Below are positions 9,963 through 19,178 of a stretch of 64,000 nucleotides of DNA, piece by piece. Numbering within the stretch: the first letter of the stretch is position 1; every line of letters starts with the position of its first letter. This DNA is from Sedimentisphaerales bacterium (GTDB taxonomy: Bacteria > Planctomycetota > Phycisphaerae > Sedimentisphaerales > SM23-30): positions 384,001-448,000 of the forward strand of contig CAXXMR010000009.1 of NCBI GenBank assembly GCA_963663805.2, read 5' to 3'. The notes below the pieces were generated by a model. That model was given only the letters and a program-made list of their open reading frames with translations. It was not told where the DNA came from and ran no database searches. Position numbers and translations under genes: made by a program.

Positions 9963-10643
9963 ATGCGCAAATTTATTATTACACTTACCGTTATTGCCCT
10001 GACCGCGAATCTCGCCTGGGCCCATTCTCACACCCACGTCGGCATCAATCAGGACCAGATAACCGGCACCGCCGACGACAACCAGCTTTGGTTTTTCTCT
10101 ATGCCCGGCACAACCGGCTGGCCCGACTGGTCCGAACCGCTGGAACTCACCCCGGTCCAGACAGGACTGCTCGCCGGAACCTGGATTTGCAGCGAACTGG
10201 ACTGCTGGCATTCCGCCCACCCCGAACACGGTAACTGGCAATTGGGCGGCATGGATGAAAATACCCAATCCGACTGGCAAATCGCCATCGAAAGAGTTTC
10301 TTTCAGCGACGGATTCTTCATGCTCGACGAAGAATCCCTAACCCCGGTTCTGCAAAGCGACGGCGACCAATACACCTTTGAAACTATCTGGATGACCGAC
10401 GTTTATAACGAAAACGGCACACTTGGTGCCTGGGGTTTTCACACCCACCTCCTTTTCGGTGTTGCATCTGCCCAGCCCGGCGAAACTTTCACCGCCACCT
10501 TCAAAGCCCTCGATACCGGAACCACTGGCTATCAGACTTCAGATGAATACACCCTGACCTTCGTAACCGTACCCGAACCGGCCACTTTGATGATTCTCGC
10601 CGCAGGTGCGGTTTTAATCAGAAAAACCAGACACCGCTCATAA
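9963..10643 (+). CDS. His-rich PEP-CTERM sorting domain protein
   Basis: GAGAGG RBS, signal peptide (AWA|HSHTH), motifs WHSAHPEH and FHTH, C-terminal [19 protein letters not shown]. Confidence 0.9.
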   Translation: MRKFIITLTVIALTANLAWAHSHTHVGINQDQITGTADDNQLWFFSMPGTTGWPDWSEPLELTPVQTGLLAGTWICSELDCWHSAHPEHGNWQLGGMDENTQSDWQIAIERVSFSDGFFMLDEESLTPVLQSDGDQYTFETIWMTDVYNENGTLGAWGFHTHLLFGVASAQPGETFTATFKALDTGTTGYQTSDEYTLTFVTVPEPATLMILAAGAVLIRKTRHRS

Positions 10644-10656
10644 CCATTACCAAACC

Positions 10657-10686
10657 GGGTATGTCCGCAGAGGGGCGGGCATACCC
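10657..10686 (+). other. Intergenic stem-loop after the PEP-CTERM gene
   Basis: GGGTATGTCCGC-N6-GCGGGCATACCC, 12-bp stem, no U-tract. Confidence 0.5.
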
Positions 10687-10753
10687 ATTCTCCAAAACAA
10701 AAGCCGAGTCGCGTGAGCGACCGGAGCATTTGTTCAAAAACAGAGATTTCGCG

Positions 10754-11467
10754 ATGACGAATAAAAAAGCTTTCACGCTTGTAGAACTATTGGTTGTGGT
10801 AGCGATAATCGCCCTGCTGGTCAGCATCTTGCTGCCCGCCCTGGGACAGGCCCGCGAATCAGCCAGAGCAGTAGTATGCCTCAACAACATGCGACAAATG
10901 GGCCTGACCAGCCAGCTATATCTCATCGACCATAAATACCGCCTGCCCCCCAGCTCCTGCCACGTCGCTCAGCCGGAGGACTTCTGGCTGGTCAAGCTCG
11001 GCGAATATACCCAACAAGACCTGCTCTTTCGTTGCCCCAGCGACAAAACCCCCAGCGACGAATTCGTCGATTGGCTTAAAATATCCTCAAATACCTCAAT
11101 TTCTGAAAAACGCTATTCCAGCTACGGCCTGAATCCCTGGCTCGACCAGAAAAAACCAATCGACGGCACTCCCAACTATTATAACAACGTCCAGAACGTA
11201 CCTCGCCCCATGTCTGCTGTCTGGAGCTTCGAACTGCCCGAATCAACCCGCGGCGCTGACCATGTCCATCCCGAAGGATGGTTTGGCTCAATCGACGCCG
11301 CCAAAAAACAAATCGCCTGGGACCGCCATCAGGAAAAATCAAATTACCTTTTCGTTGACGGACACGTCGAAAAACTCGCTATTGGAAAAACCTACGACCC
11401 CCAGGGCCAGTGTTACTGGTTCCCCGAATCAGCACCCGCCTTCCCCAAATGGATTACTGGCCCTTAA
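10754..11467 (+). CDS. Prepilin-type N-terminal cleavage/methylation + H-X9-DG domain protein
   Basis: [32 protein letters not shown], canonical [13 protein letters not shown]. Confidence 0.9.
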   Translation: MTNKKAFTLVELLVVVAIIALLVSILLPALGQARESARAVVCLNNMRQMGLTSQLYLIDHKYRLPPSSCHVAQPEDFWLVKLGEYTQQDLLFRCPSDKTPSDEFVDWLKISSNTSISEKRYSSYGLNPWLDQKKPIDGTPNYYNNVQNVPRPMSAVWSFELPESTRGADHVHPEGWFGSIDAAKKQIAWDRHQEKSNYLFVDGHVEKLAIGKTYDPQGQCYWFPESAPAFPKWITGP

Positions 11468-11485
11468 TCAAAATAGGAGACTGAC

Positions 11486-12271
11486 ATGTACTACCGAATA
11501 TTTCTGCTCATAACCATGCTAACCGCCCACGTCCAGGCTTATTGCATACAGGACCATCTGTTCATCGGCTGCAATCAGGACGGTATTACCGGCACCGACG
11601 ACGACCAGAAACTTTTCATCGACTGCCGCCATAAATACCGTAACGCCTCACCCCAATGGCATTACAGCCTCTACCAAAGCGGTTTCAACCAGCGTAATTG
11701 GGTTATCAACGAACCCGGCTTCGATGAAATACACGACCCTAACGAACCACCCAGCGATCATCCGCTAAAAGACCCCAACTCCAGCCCCCAGGGTACACGT
11801 AACACCGATTACCAGATCTGGATAGAGTGTGTTGACATCTCCGAAAATTTCAAAGTCTGTAATCTCGACGAATCCATCCTGCTCGACGAACCCGGTGATG
11901 CCTTCAATCACAGCTACTACTCCGCTGCCAACGACGGCCATCTGCACCTCTGGTACATCTATACTAACCTGTCTGCCTCAGACCCCGCCCCGACAGGTCT
12001 GCTTTGGGCCACCTTCCGTGTATACGACAACCTTGGCCCTTATCACTCCTCCGAGCCTTTTACGGTAGTCTTCGTCTCCGACCCACTCAGCGGAGATATT
12101 GTCGTCGATAATTTCGTAAACCTCGCCGACTTTGCCTTCATCAGCCGCTATTGGCTCAGTACAGATGCCTCAACCATCAACGATTACCAACAGCGAGCCG
12201 ACCACGACCGTAGCGGAACCGTGGATTTACTGGATTTAATAGCCCTGCTGGAGAACTACCTGGCCGAATAA
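11486..12271 (+). CDS. Secreted protein homologous to the 9963 PEP-CTERM passenger, with a C-terminal dockerin-like domain
   Basis: AGGAG RBS and signal peptide. HLFIGCNQDGITGTDDDQKLF aligns with [20 protein letters not shown]-terminus GDIVVDNFVNLADF...W...ADHDRSGTVDLLDL. Confidence 0.8.
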   Translation: MYYRIFLLITMLTAHVQAYCIQDHLFIGCNQDGITGTDDDQKLFIDCRHKYRNASPQWHYSLYQSGFNQRNWVINEPGFDEIHDPNEPPSDHPLKDPNSSPQGTRNTDYQIWIECVDISENFKVCNLDESILLDEPGDAFNHSYYSAANDGHLHLWYIYTNLSASDPAPTGLLWATFRVYDNLGPYHSSEPFTVVFVSDPLSGDIVVDNFVNLADFAFISRYWLSTDASTINDYQQRADHDRSGTVDLLDLIALLENYLAE

Positions 12272-12356
12272 AACCAGAAATTTTATACCATTTTAATTCT
12301 TATTGTGTTCTAATCGCCGACCTGAGAACTATGTTTGCGGTACATAAGGATTAATA

Positions 12357-13187
12357 ATGGCATCATACCAGCATTTAATAACGATTATTTTACTGCTATT
12401 CTTGTCCAGCGGGATGGCTGGCTGCACCGGGGGCAGTTACCAGCAGCCTTCAGTAAGTTATATGCCCCGTGCGGGCACTTCCGGCCAACTGGAATATACC
12501 ATTGTCCTGGCCAACTACCGTGGTGCCGGCAGCATGGAACAGGCCCAAAGAGTTCAGCAGCAGGCCCAGCAACTGCTCAGCGAAGACATCTGGCTCAGCT
12601 ACCAAGAGCCCGACACCGTAATGGTCAATTACGGCCATTTTCAGGGCAGTGACAAATCTTCCCAAACTCAGCGCGAATGGCAGAAAGTCAAACAGCCCAA
12701 TTTCTACTCCAAACTAAAAGCTGGCGCCTATCAGTTTTCCTATATCCGAGAACTGCCCCAGGTGGACCCTGCCGCACCGGACGAATGGAACCTGCTCAAC
12801 AGCGACTGCTTCTACAGCCTCGAAATCGGTACCTACTTTAACGTACCCGACGCCAGCTATTACAACCGCAAAGCCGACGCCGTTGCCGGAGTACGCAACC
12901 TCCGCGCCGAGGGCAAGACGGCCTTCTTTGTCCACGGCCAAAAAGAGTCCAGAGTCTACGTCGGCTGCTTCCCCAGAGAAGCCGTCCAGACCTTCAACCA
13001 GCACGGCAAAGTTGAAATAACCCTGGCGCCCCTGGCCCAACTGATGATAGACCAATACCAATTCTGGCTCGAAAACGGAGCCAAAGTTATCACCGTCCAG
13101 CACACCCCACAGGGCCAGGAATTCAAAATCCCCCGAAAACCAGTACTGGTCAATATAGACCTGCTGGCCGAAGAAATAAACTTCTAA
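12357..13187 (+). CDS. Hypothetical lipoprotein (possible SPOR-like domains)
   Basis: AAGGA RBS and lipobox MAG|C after a hydrophobic stretch; alpha/beta segments such as ESRVYVGCF. Confidence 0.65.
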   Translation: MASYQHLITIILLLFLSSGMAGCTGGSYQQPSVSYMPRAGTSGQLEYTIVLANYRGAGSMEQAQRVQQQAQQLLSEDIWLSYQEPDTVMVNYGHFQGSDKSSQTQREWQKVKQPNFYSKLKAGAYQFSYIRELPQVDPAAPDEWNLLNSDCFYSLEIGTYFNVPDASYYNRKADAVAGVRNLRAEGKTAFFVHGQKESRVYVGCFPREAVQTFNQHGKVEITLAPLAQLMIDQYQFWLENGAKVITVQHTPQGQEFKIPRKPVLVNIDLLAEEINF

Positions 13188-13233
13188 CTGCCCCACAAAA
13201 ACACGATTTTAGGGGCCAAAAACGCAAAATTAT

Positions 13234-14682
13234 CAATCCTGTTCGGCACATTTATTGCTCAAATACAGTTTTTCTGTGGTCTTTGCAGTTCATATGATTT
13301 AGCGGGGATTATCCCTCAGTGGGACTGTCGGCACTGGTTATTTTGGCGCAGCATCAGCGGCAGCGGCGATTTTTTTGAGGATCGGCCTTAGTTTTGGCTT
13401 TGGAGTTTATTGATATGGTTCTGCATTTCTTGCTCGTCGGCCATGCCGCAGAGGTGCCAGCAGAGCATTTCGTAGGTTCTTAAAGTTGGTTTTTTGCCCG
13501 TCCACAGGCTGATCAGCATACAGGCGATAATCGCGGCGTACATCTGTAGTTCGATACCGTTTTCGCAGAGGCTTAGCAGATGTCGGCAGCCCAGCACATG
13601 CTTAAAAAAGCGGAAAAATATTTCGATGGCCCAGCGTTTCTGATAGAGCAGGGCAATGACTTCGGCGTCCAGGTCCAGCCGGTCGGTGGCAATCAAAATC
13701 ATCTCACTCTGACGTGGTCCCTGGCCCCGTTTCAAATGCGGTTGACATTCAACCGCTATCAGGCGTAACGGTTGTTTGAAATCTTCCCGCAGTTTTTCAC
13801 TGCTGCCGGCGATTACCGTACGATCAAAAATTATCCCCGCTTTTCGAGCATCTTCAGTTAAAGGTTTTTCCTGAATAGTTTCGTAAACCGTATCCTCACG
13901 CAGCCGACAGACAAAAGAGCTTTTACTATCCACAATGGCCTGAAACAGCTTAAAACAGGCATATCCACGATCATTGACATAAATCCGGCCGGGCTGAAGA
14001 TTCTCTAAAAAAACCTTTCGCTCATCAGACTTGTCTTCACTGATATTTATTTTCAGAGGCACATATTTTTCCAGATCAAACTGAGTGTGTGCTTTAATTC
14101 CGGGTTTGTCGGTGTCCCAGGCAGCCTGAGTGAGTTTTTGCAAAGCCTGAATACTGCTGCCGTCCACCAGGGTAATGACCTGACCGACTTCCAGTTTTTT
14201 GTCCTGAGATATCGGCCCTAACTGCTCAGTGAGTTGAGCGATTATCGGCTCTAACAAAGAACTCTCAAAAACCCGGGATGCTTCCGAAAGCGAACCCAGC
14301 GAAGCACGCGAACAACCCAACAGCCGCTGTACCTTTTTGAGCTCGCCGGCCTGCTGCAAAGACCGGATGGAACTGCAGATCGGATTGAACATGTATAACA
14401 GCAGCAGACTGACATACTGGTCCATGAATAATGTGCGATTGCCGGCCCGGTCCCGCTCACATCCCGCCGAGTGAAGACCTTTCAGCAGAGCCGAGAGGGA
14501 CTTGAAATACTTGAACCCACGCAGGTCCCGCTCCTTGATTTTCTGACGCTTAGCACTCATGCCTCCTATTAGAGCATAAATATCCCTCGAGCGCAAATTA
14601 CCTATCTTAACATTTCGGGTTTTTTTTAAAAAAAATACAGGAGGCCAAAAGCCTAAAGCAATAAATGTGCCGAACAGGATTG
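13234..14682 (-). mobile_element. IS4-family insertion sequence (1449 bp)
   Basis: Perfect 26-bp TIRs CAATCCTGTTCGGCACATTTATTGCT (13234-13259 and 14657-14682). Flanks CAAAATTAT and CAAATTTAT match at 8/9. Confidence 0.92.
13388..14560 (-). CDS. IS4-family DDE transposase
   Basis: AGGAGG RBS before the ATG at 14560. Catalytic motifs LVDGS, NDRGY and Y.KRW.IE.FFR.FK (YREK signature). Confidence 0.92.
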   Translation of the reverse strand: MSAKRQKIKERDLRGFKYFKSLSALLKGLHSAGCERDRAGNRTLFMDQYVSLLLLYMFNPICSSIRSLQQAGELKKVQRLLGCSRASLGSLSEASRVFESSLLEPIIAQLTEQLGPISQDKKLEVGQVITLVDGSSIQALQKLTQAAWDTDKPGIKAHTQFDLEKYVPLKINISEDKSDERKVFLENLQPGRIYVNDRGYACFKLFQAIVDSKSSFVCRLREDTVYETIQEKPLTEDARKAGIIFDRTVIAGSSEKLREDFKQPLRLIAVECQPHLKRGQGPRQSEMILIATDRLDLDAEVIALLYQKRWAIEIFFRFFKHVLGCRHLLSLCENGIELQMYAAIIACMLISLWTGKKPTLRTYEMLCWHLCGMADEQEMQNHINKLQSQN

Positions 14683-14894
14683 CAAATTTATTTGAAATTT
14701 CTCGAAAAAACGCAGAATTTCCCGCAAAAATCGGTTCCTTCAGGCACTTTTGCGCTGCAAAATAAGACCTTGTGCGAACCGAACGTTTCTATTACAGTGG
14801 GGGATATGTTGCGATGGGTGCCGCGGCAATTACAGGGCGTTCTGCCGGTTTCCGAAAAGCCCCAGCGATATAACCTGGTAGGATAACAATAGTT

Positions 14895-15932
14895 ATGATA
14901 GCTAGCGGAAGCACCAACTCGAATGATACGCTTTTAGAGGTCAAGGACTTGAGAACGTACTTTTACTTGGATGAAGGTACGCTCAAGGCGGTTGACGGGG
15001 TGGATTTGACGATTGGGCGGGGCCAAACACTGGCGGTCATCGGCGAGAGTGGTTCGGGCAAGAGCGTCACGGCGCGGAGCATACTGCGGATCGTGCCGCG
15101 GCCGGGGAAGATCGCTTCGGGTGAGATTCTGCTGCATCATACGGATGAGCAGGTTCTGGATTTGACGGCGCTGCCGGATTCAAGCAAAAAGCTGCGGGCC
15201 ATTCGGGGTAAAGATATTTCGATGATATTTCAGGAGCCGATGACTTCGCTTTCGCCGGTGCATACCATCGGTAATCAGATAGTCGAAGGGATTCTGCTGC
15301 ACAAAACACAGGACAGACACGAGGCGAGGCGGATTGCCCTGGACATGATTGAGAAGGTGGGGATTTCGAATCCGGCCCAGCGAATCGATGAATATCCGCA
15401 TCAGCTTTCGGGCGGAATGCGTCAGCGGGCGATGATTGCGATGGCGTTAGCGTGTGACCCGGCACTGCTGATCGCGGATGAGCCAACCACGGCGCTGGAC
15501 GTTACGGTACAGGCCCAAATTCTGGATTTGATGCGGCGATTGCAGCGGGAATTTGGGATGGCGATTCTGTATATCACGCATGACCTGGGCGTGGTGGCGG
15601 AAATCGCCGACGAGGTTGATGTGATGTACCTGGGGCGGGTGGTGGAAGCGGCGGAGACGAAGAAAATTTTCCAGAAACCGCGGCATCCTTATACCATCGG
15701 GCTGCTCAAGTCGATTCCCAAACTGGGCAAGAAGGCCCATACCCGGCTTGACGCTATCGAAGGGACGGTGCCGCTGCCGCTGGACATGCCGCCGCAATGC
15801 GGTTTTTACTCGCGCTGTCCCCGGGCGATTAAGGGAACGTGCGATAGGTCGGTGCCGGTGTTGGCAGAGATCGAGCCGGGTCATAAGGTACGCTGTTTTC
15901 TGTACAGCGACCAGAAGGAGGAGGTCGTCTGA
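14895..15932 (+). CDS. oppD: Oligopeptide/dipeptide ABC transporter ATP-binding protein (OppD/DppD-like)
   Basis: Walker A GESGSGKS, YPHQLSGGMRQR, IADEPTTALD and C-terminal oligo_HPY domain with Cys cluster. Confidence 0.9.
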   Translation: MIASGSTNSNDTLLEVKDLRTYFYLDEGTLKAVDGVDLTIGRGQTLAVIGESGSGKSVTARSILRIVPRPGKIASGEILLHHTDEQVLDLTALPDSSKKLRAIRGKDISMIFQEPMTSLSPVHTIGNQIVEGILLHKTQDRHEARRIALDMIEKVGISNPAQRIDEYPHQLSGGMRQRAMIAMALACDPALLIADEPTTALDVTVQAQILDLMRRLQREFGMAILYITHDLGVVAEIADEVDVMYLGRVVEAAETKKIFQKPRHPYTIGLLKSIPKLGKKAHTRLDAIEGTVPLPLDMPPQCGFYSRCPRAIKGTCDRSVPVLAEIEPGHKVRCFLYSDQKEEVV

Positions 15933-16954
15933 TGATTGACCAGGCCGCCGAAGTAAAGCTGCTGGACGTGCGGGGTGTCAAAAAATTCTTCCCCATCAGC
16001 AAAGGCTTTTTGTCGCGGGCCAGGGGTTATGTCCGGGCGGTGGATGATATAAGTTTTTACGTCAGGAAGGGCGAGACCCTGGGGCTGGTCGGTGAGAGCG
16101 GGTCGGGCAAGACCACGTTGGGTAAATGTATTATTCAGGCGTTCGCGCCGACGGCGGGGGTGATTGATTTTCGTCTGCCGGACGGCACGGTGGTTGATTT
16201 AGCGGATATGTCACGTAAGGCTATTCGGCACATTCGTCGGCACATGCACATGATTTTTCAAGACCCTTACGCATCGCTCAATCCGAGGATGACGGTGCTG
16301 GATATTGTGGCTGAACCGCTGGTTTGCAATAATATTTCGCGGGGCAGCGAGTTGCGGGACCGGGTGCGGCATCTGCTGGAAGTGGTGGGTTTGGAAGTCA
16401 AGCACATGTCGCGTTACCCACATGCTTTTTCGGGCGGTCAGCGGCAGCGTATCGGCATTGCCCGTTCGCTGGCGGCTAACCCGGAGCTGATAATCTGTGA
16501 TGAGGCAGTATCGGCGCTGGATGTTTCGGTGCAGGCTCAGGTTCTGAATCTGTTGCAGGAACTACAGGAGAAGTTCAACCTGACATATCTGTTCATCGCG
16601 CACGATTTAGCGGTGGTGGAGCATATCGCCGACCGGGTGGCGGTGATGTACGTGGGGCGGATGATGGAGCTGGCCGACACTGCGGATTTGTACAGCAGTC
16701 CGAAACATCCCTATACCGAAGCGCTGATGTCGGCGGTGCCCAAGGCTGACCCGGAACATAAAATGGAGCGGATAATCCTGGAAGGCGATGTGGCTAATCC
16801 CGCTAAACCGCCCAGTGGTTGTTATTTTCATCCGCGCTGCCGATACGCGCGGGAGATTTGCCGGGAAGAAACGCCGGGGTGGGAAGAAGTGGCCCCGCGT
16901 CATTTCTGCGCCTGTCACCGGGTGCGGGATCTGGCTTTGAAGGGGGTGGAATGA
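15932..16954 (+). CDS. oppF: Oligopeptide/dipeptide ABC transporter ATP-binding protein (OppF/DppF-like)
   Basis: GESGSGKT, YPHAFSGGQRQRI, PKHPYTEAL, PPSGCYFHPRC. Confidence 0.9.
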   Translation: MIDQAAEVKLLDVRGVKKFFPISKGFLSRARGYVRAVDDISFYVRKGETLGLVGESGSGKTTLGKCIIQAFAPTAGVIDFRLPDGTVVDLADMSRKAIRHIRRHMHMIFQDPYASLNPRMTVLDIVAEPLVCNNISRGSELRDRVRHLLEVVGLEVKHMSRYPHAFSGGQRQRIGIARSLAANPELIICDEAVSALDVSVQAQVLNLLQELQEKFNLTYLFIAHDLAVVEHIADRVAVMYVGRMMELADTADLYSSPKHPYTEALMSAVPKADPEHKMERIILEGDVANPAKPPSGCYFHPRCRYAREICREETPGWEEVAPRHFCACHRVRDLALKGVE

Positions 16955-17062
16955 GTAAAATCGTTCGTCCCCTGCTGCCGGGCCAGTTCATTGTAATTGT
17001 GGTGCCGGCGTTTAATTTCCTGGGCGACGGCCTTGCGCAACGCGGCTGACCTTTACAAGTAA
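16951..17062 (+). pseudogene. Remnant of an OppC/DppC permease C-terminus
   Basis: ATG overlaps the oppF stop. LLPGQFIVIVVPAFNFLGDGL continues after a 1-nt shift as RNAADLYK*, matching the OppC end AFNFLGDGLRDAADPY. Confidence 0.7.
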
Positions 17063-17292
17063 GAGGGCGGCAGGCAAAATGCATCCGGGGCAATCTTGAT
17101 GAGGGTTTCATCACCACCAACATAAAGATTTCCGTCACTGTCGAAGGTTAGACCGTGGGGCCAGTCGGGGTATTCATATTGGGCGTAGACCTCGGCTTGA
17201 TATCGCGAGTCATAGACTTCAACCACCGCAAAAGCGTTAAGAGTGAACAGGGCCGCCAGAACACAAGATACAAAGAATCTACTGGTACGCAT
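17053..17292 (-). pseudogene. Truncated secreted protein (single NHL/beta-propeller-like blade)
   Basis: AGGAGG RBS, signal peptide (NAFA|VV), PHGLTFDSDGNLYVG; ends abruptly at the oppC remnant. Confidence 0.55.
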
Positions 17293-17460
17293 GACATTTT
17301 CCTCCTGTATACGTACGATAAAATTATATCTGCACACACCTGCAGAACATTTTCTAACTACCCAACAATATTATAACGCATGTCCATTAATTATTGGCAA
17401 GTGGAAATGTCTATAAAAATTTGTTATTTGGTCTGCACGCAAAGAATGTTAAAAGAACTG

Positions 17461-17488
17461 TTGCAAAGGCTTGACCGCTGTATATAAT
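17461..17488 (+). promoter_or_regulatory. Putative sigma70 promoter of the dcw operon
   Basis: TTGCAA-N16-TATAAT upstream of murE. Confidence 0.4.
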
Positions 17489-17552
17489 GGTTTTATCGGG
17501 GCTTACGGATGAGCCTGGTGTTTAGGACGCGCTTTTTGAACGGGTTGTTGTT

Positions 17553-18965
17553 ATGGATTATCTCGACCTGGAGCGAATGGTGGCCGATGGCGGCCGGGTG
17601 TGTGCTGACAGTCGTCTGGTGGGTTCTGGCGATGTATTTGTGGCTGTCCGGGGTGTACATGTTGATGGTTATGATTGTATCGGCCAGGCTTTGGAGCGGG
17701 GGGCGGGGGTGATTGTGGCTGAACGGGGTGATGTCGATACGGGTGGTCGGCCTTTGGTGGTGGTTGCTGATTCGGCGGTGACGTTGGGTGAGCTGGCCCA
17801 GGTTTCGGCGGGGCGACCGACGCAAAAGCTTATTACGCTTGGGGTTACGGGTACTAACGGCAAGACTACGGTTACTTATCTGGTTCAGGCAATGCTACGG
17901 ATGGCGGGGATAAAGTGTGGGTTGCTGGGTACGGTGGTTTATGATTTTGGGGCGGGGTGTGAGCAGGCACGTGAGACTACGCCCGGTGCGGTGAAGCTGG
18001 CGGAGATGATGGGTCGGATGGTAGAGAACGGCTGCGGGGCGGTGGTGATGGAATGTTCCAGTCACGCACTGGACCAGCGGCGTACGGCGGGGATACATTT
18101 CCAGGGTGCGGCGTTTACCAATCTGACCGGTGACCATTTGGATTATCATGGCACGAGTGAAAACTATCTGCGGGCCAAGGCGCGTTTGTTTGAAGGGTTG
18201 GGCGAAGGGTCGCACGCGGTTCTGAACGCTATGGATGTTGTCGCGGATGATTTGGCGGCGTGTACGGCAGGTCAGGTTTGTCGCTATGGGCTGGGCGAAG
18301 GATATGACATATCGGCTGAGATTCTGGGGATGGATATTTCGGGAACGCAACTGGCGATTCGTCAGGCGGCCCAGGAGATTGAAACAAAGCTGCGGCTTAT
18401 TGGTGAGCATAATGTAATGAACTGTCTGGCAGCGGTTGGACTGGCCCGGGCGGCGGGGGTGGAACTGGTTGATATTTCCAGGGCGATCAAGGGTTTGGCG
18501 GGGGTGCCGGGCCGACTGGAACGGGTGGACTGCAAGGCGGATTTTACGGTGCTGGTGGATTATGCTCATACAGACGATGCGCTGGACCATGCTCTGGCGA
18601 CGGTGAAGAAATTGTGTAAGGGGCGGGTGATAGTGGTGTTTGGCTGCGGGGGTGAGCGTGACCGGAGTAAGCGGCCCCGGATGGCGGCGGCGGCGGAGAA
18701 GTGGGCGGATGTGATTGTGCTGACCAATGATAATCCGCGGCGGGAAGACCCGCGGGCGATCGCAGCGGAAGTGATGGAGGGGTTTAATCAGCCTGGCCAT
18801 GTAAAGCAGATATTAGACCGGCGCGATGCGATTGGATACGCACTACAAGCAGCCCGGAAGGATGATGTGGTACTGGTGGCGGGCAAGGGGCATGAACCCT
18901 ATCAGGAGATTGGGGGGGAACGGTTTGATTTTGATGATAAGGTTATTGTAGGGGAGTATTTTTGA
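17553..18965 (+). CDS. murE: UDP-N-acetylmuramoyl-L-alanyl-D-glutamate--2,6-diaminopimelate ligase
   Basis: GVTGTNGKTT, MECSSH, FTNLTGDHLDYH, VDYAHT, GCGGERD, DNPR (DAP-type) and AGKGHE. Confidence 0.95.
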   Translation: MDYLDLERMVADGGRVCADSRLVGSGDVFVAVRGVHVDGYDCIGQALERGAGVIVAERGDVDTGGRPLVVVADSAVTLGELAQVSAGRPTQKLITLGVTGTNGKTTVTYLVQAMLRMAGIKCGLLGTVVYDFGAGCEQARETTPGAVKLAEMMGRMVENGCGAVVMECSSHALDQRRTAGIHFQGAAFTNLTGDHLDYHGTSENYLRAKARLFEGLGEGSHAVLNAMDVVADDLAACTAGQVCRYGLGEGYDISAEILGMDISGTQLAIRQAAQEIETKLRLIGEHNVMNCLAAVGLARAAGVELVDISRAIKGLAGVPGRLERVDCKADFTVLVDYAHTDDALDHALATVKKLCKGRVIVVFGCGGERDRSKRPRMAAAAEKWADVIVLTNDNPRREDPRAIAAEVMEGFNQPGHVKQILDRRDAIGYALQAARKDDVVLVAGKGHEPYQEIGGERFDFDDKVIVGEYF

Positions 18966-18968
18966 ATC

Positions 18969-19027
18969 AGGCATTAGGCATGAGGCAAGAGGCATTAGTG
19001 AACGGCGTGGTGCCGACCTTTGGTCGG
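18969..19027 (+). repeat. Modular REP-like repeat, copy A
   Basis: AGGCA(T/A)(T/G) heptamers followed by AACGGCGTGGTG-CCGACC-TTT-GGTCGG. Confidence 0.75.
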
Positions 19028-19178
19028 AATTTATAAGAGATAAGATTAACGGCTAAGAATTTAGGCAGGATAAGACGGGATTTTTTTAGTTAAACGGCGA
19101 ACGGTAACGACGGATTTACGGGATTGTTGATGGGCGTTTGCGGTTTTTTTAAATTTGTTTGCAGGAAGTTTTAGTTGT

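Noticed and set aside
13190..17550. Definite oriC call
   Set aside because: No dnaA or dnaN and no TTATCCACA-type box cluster seen; kept only as one explanation for the skew switch.
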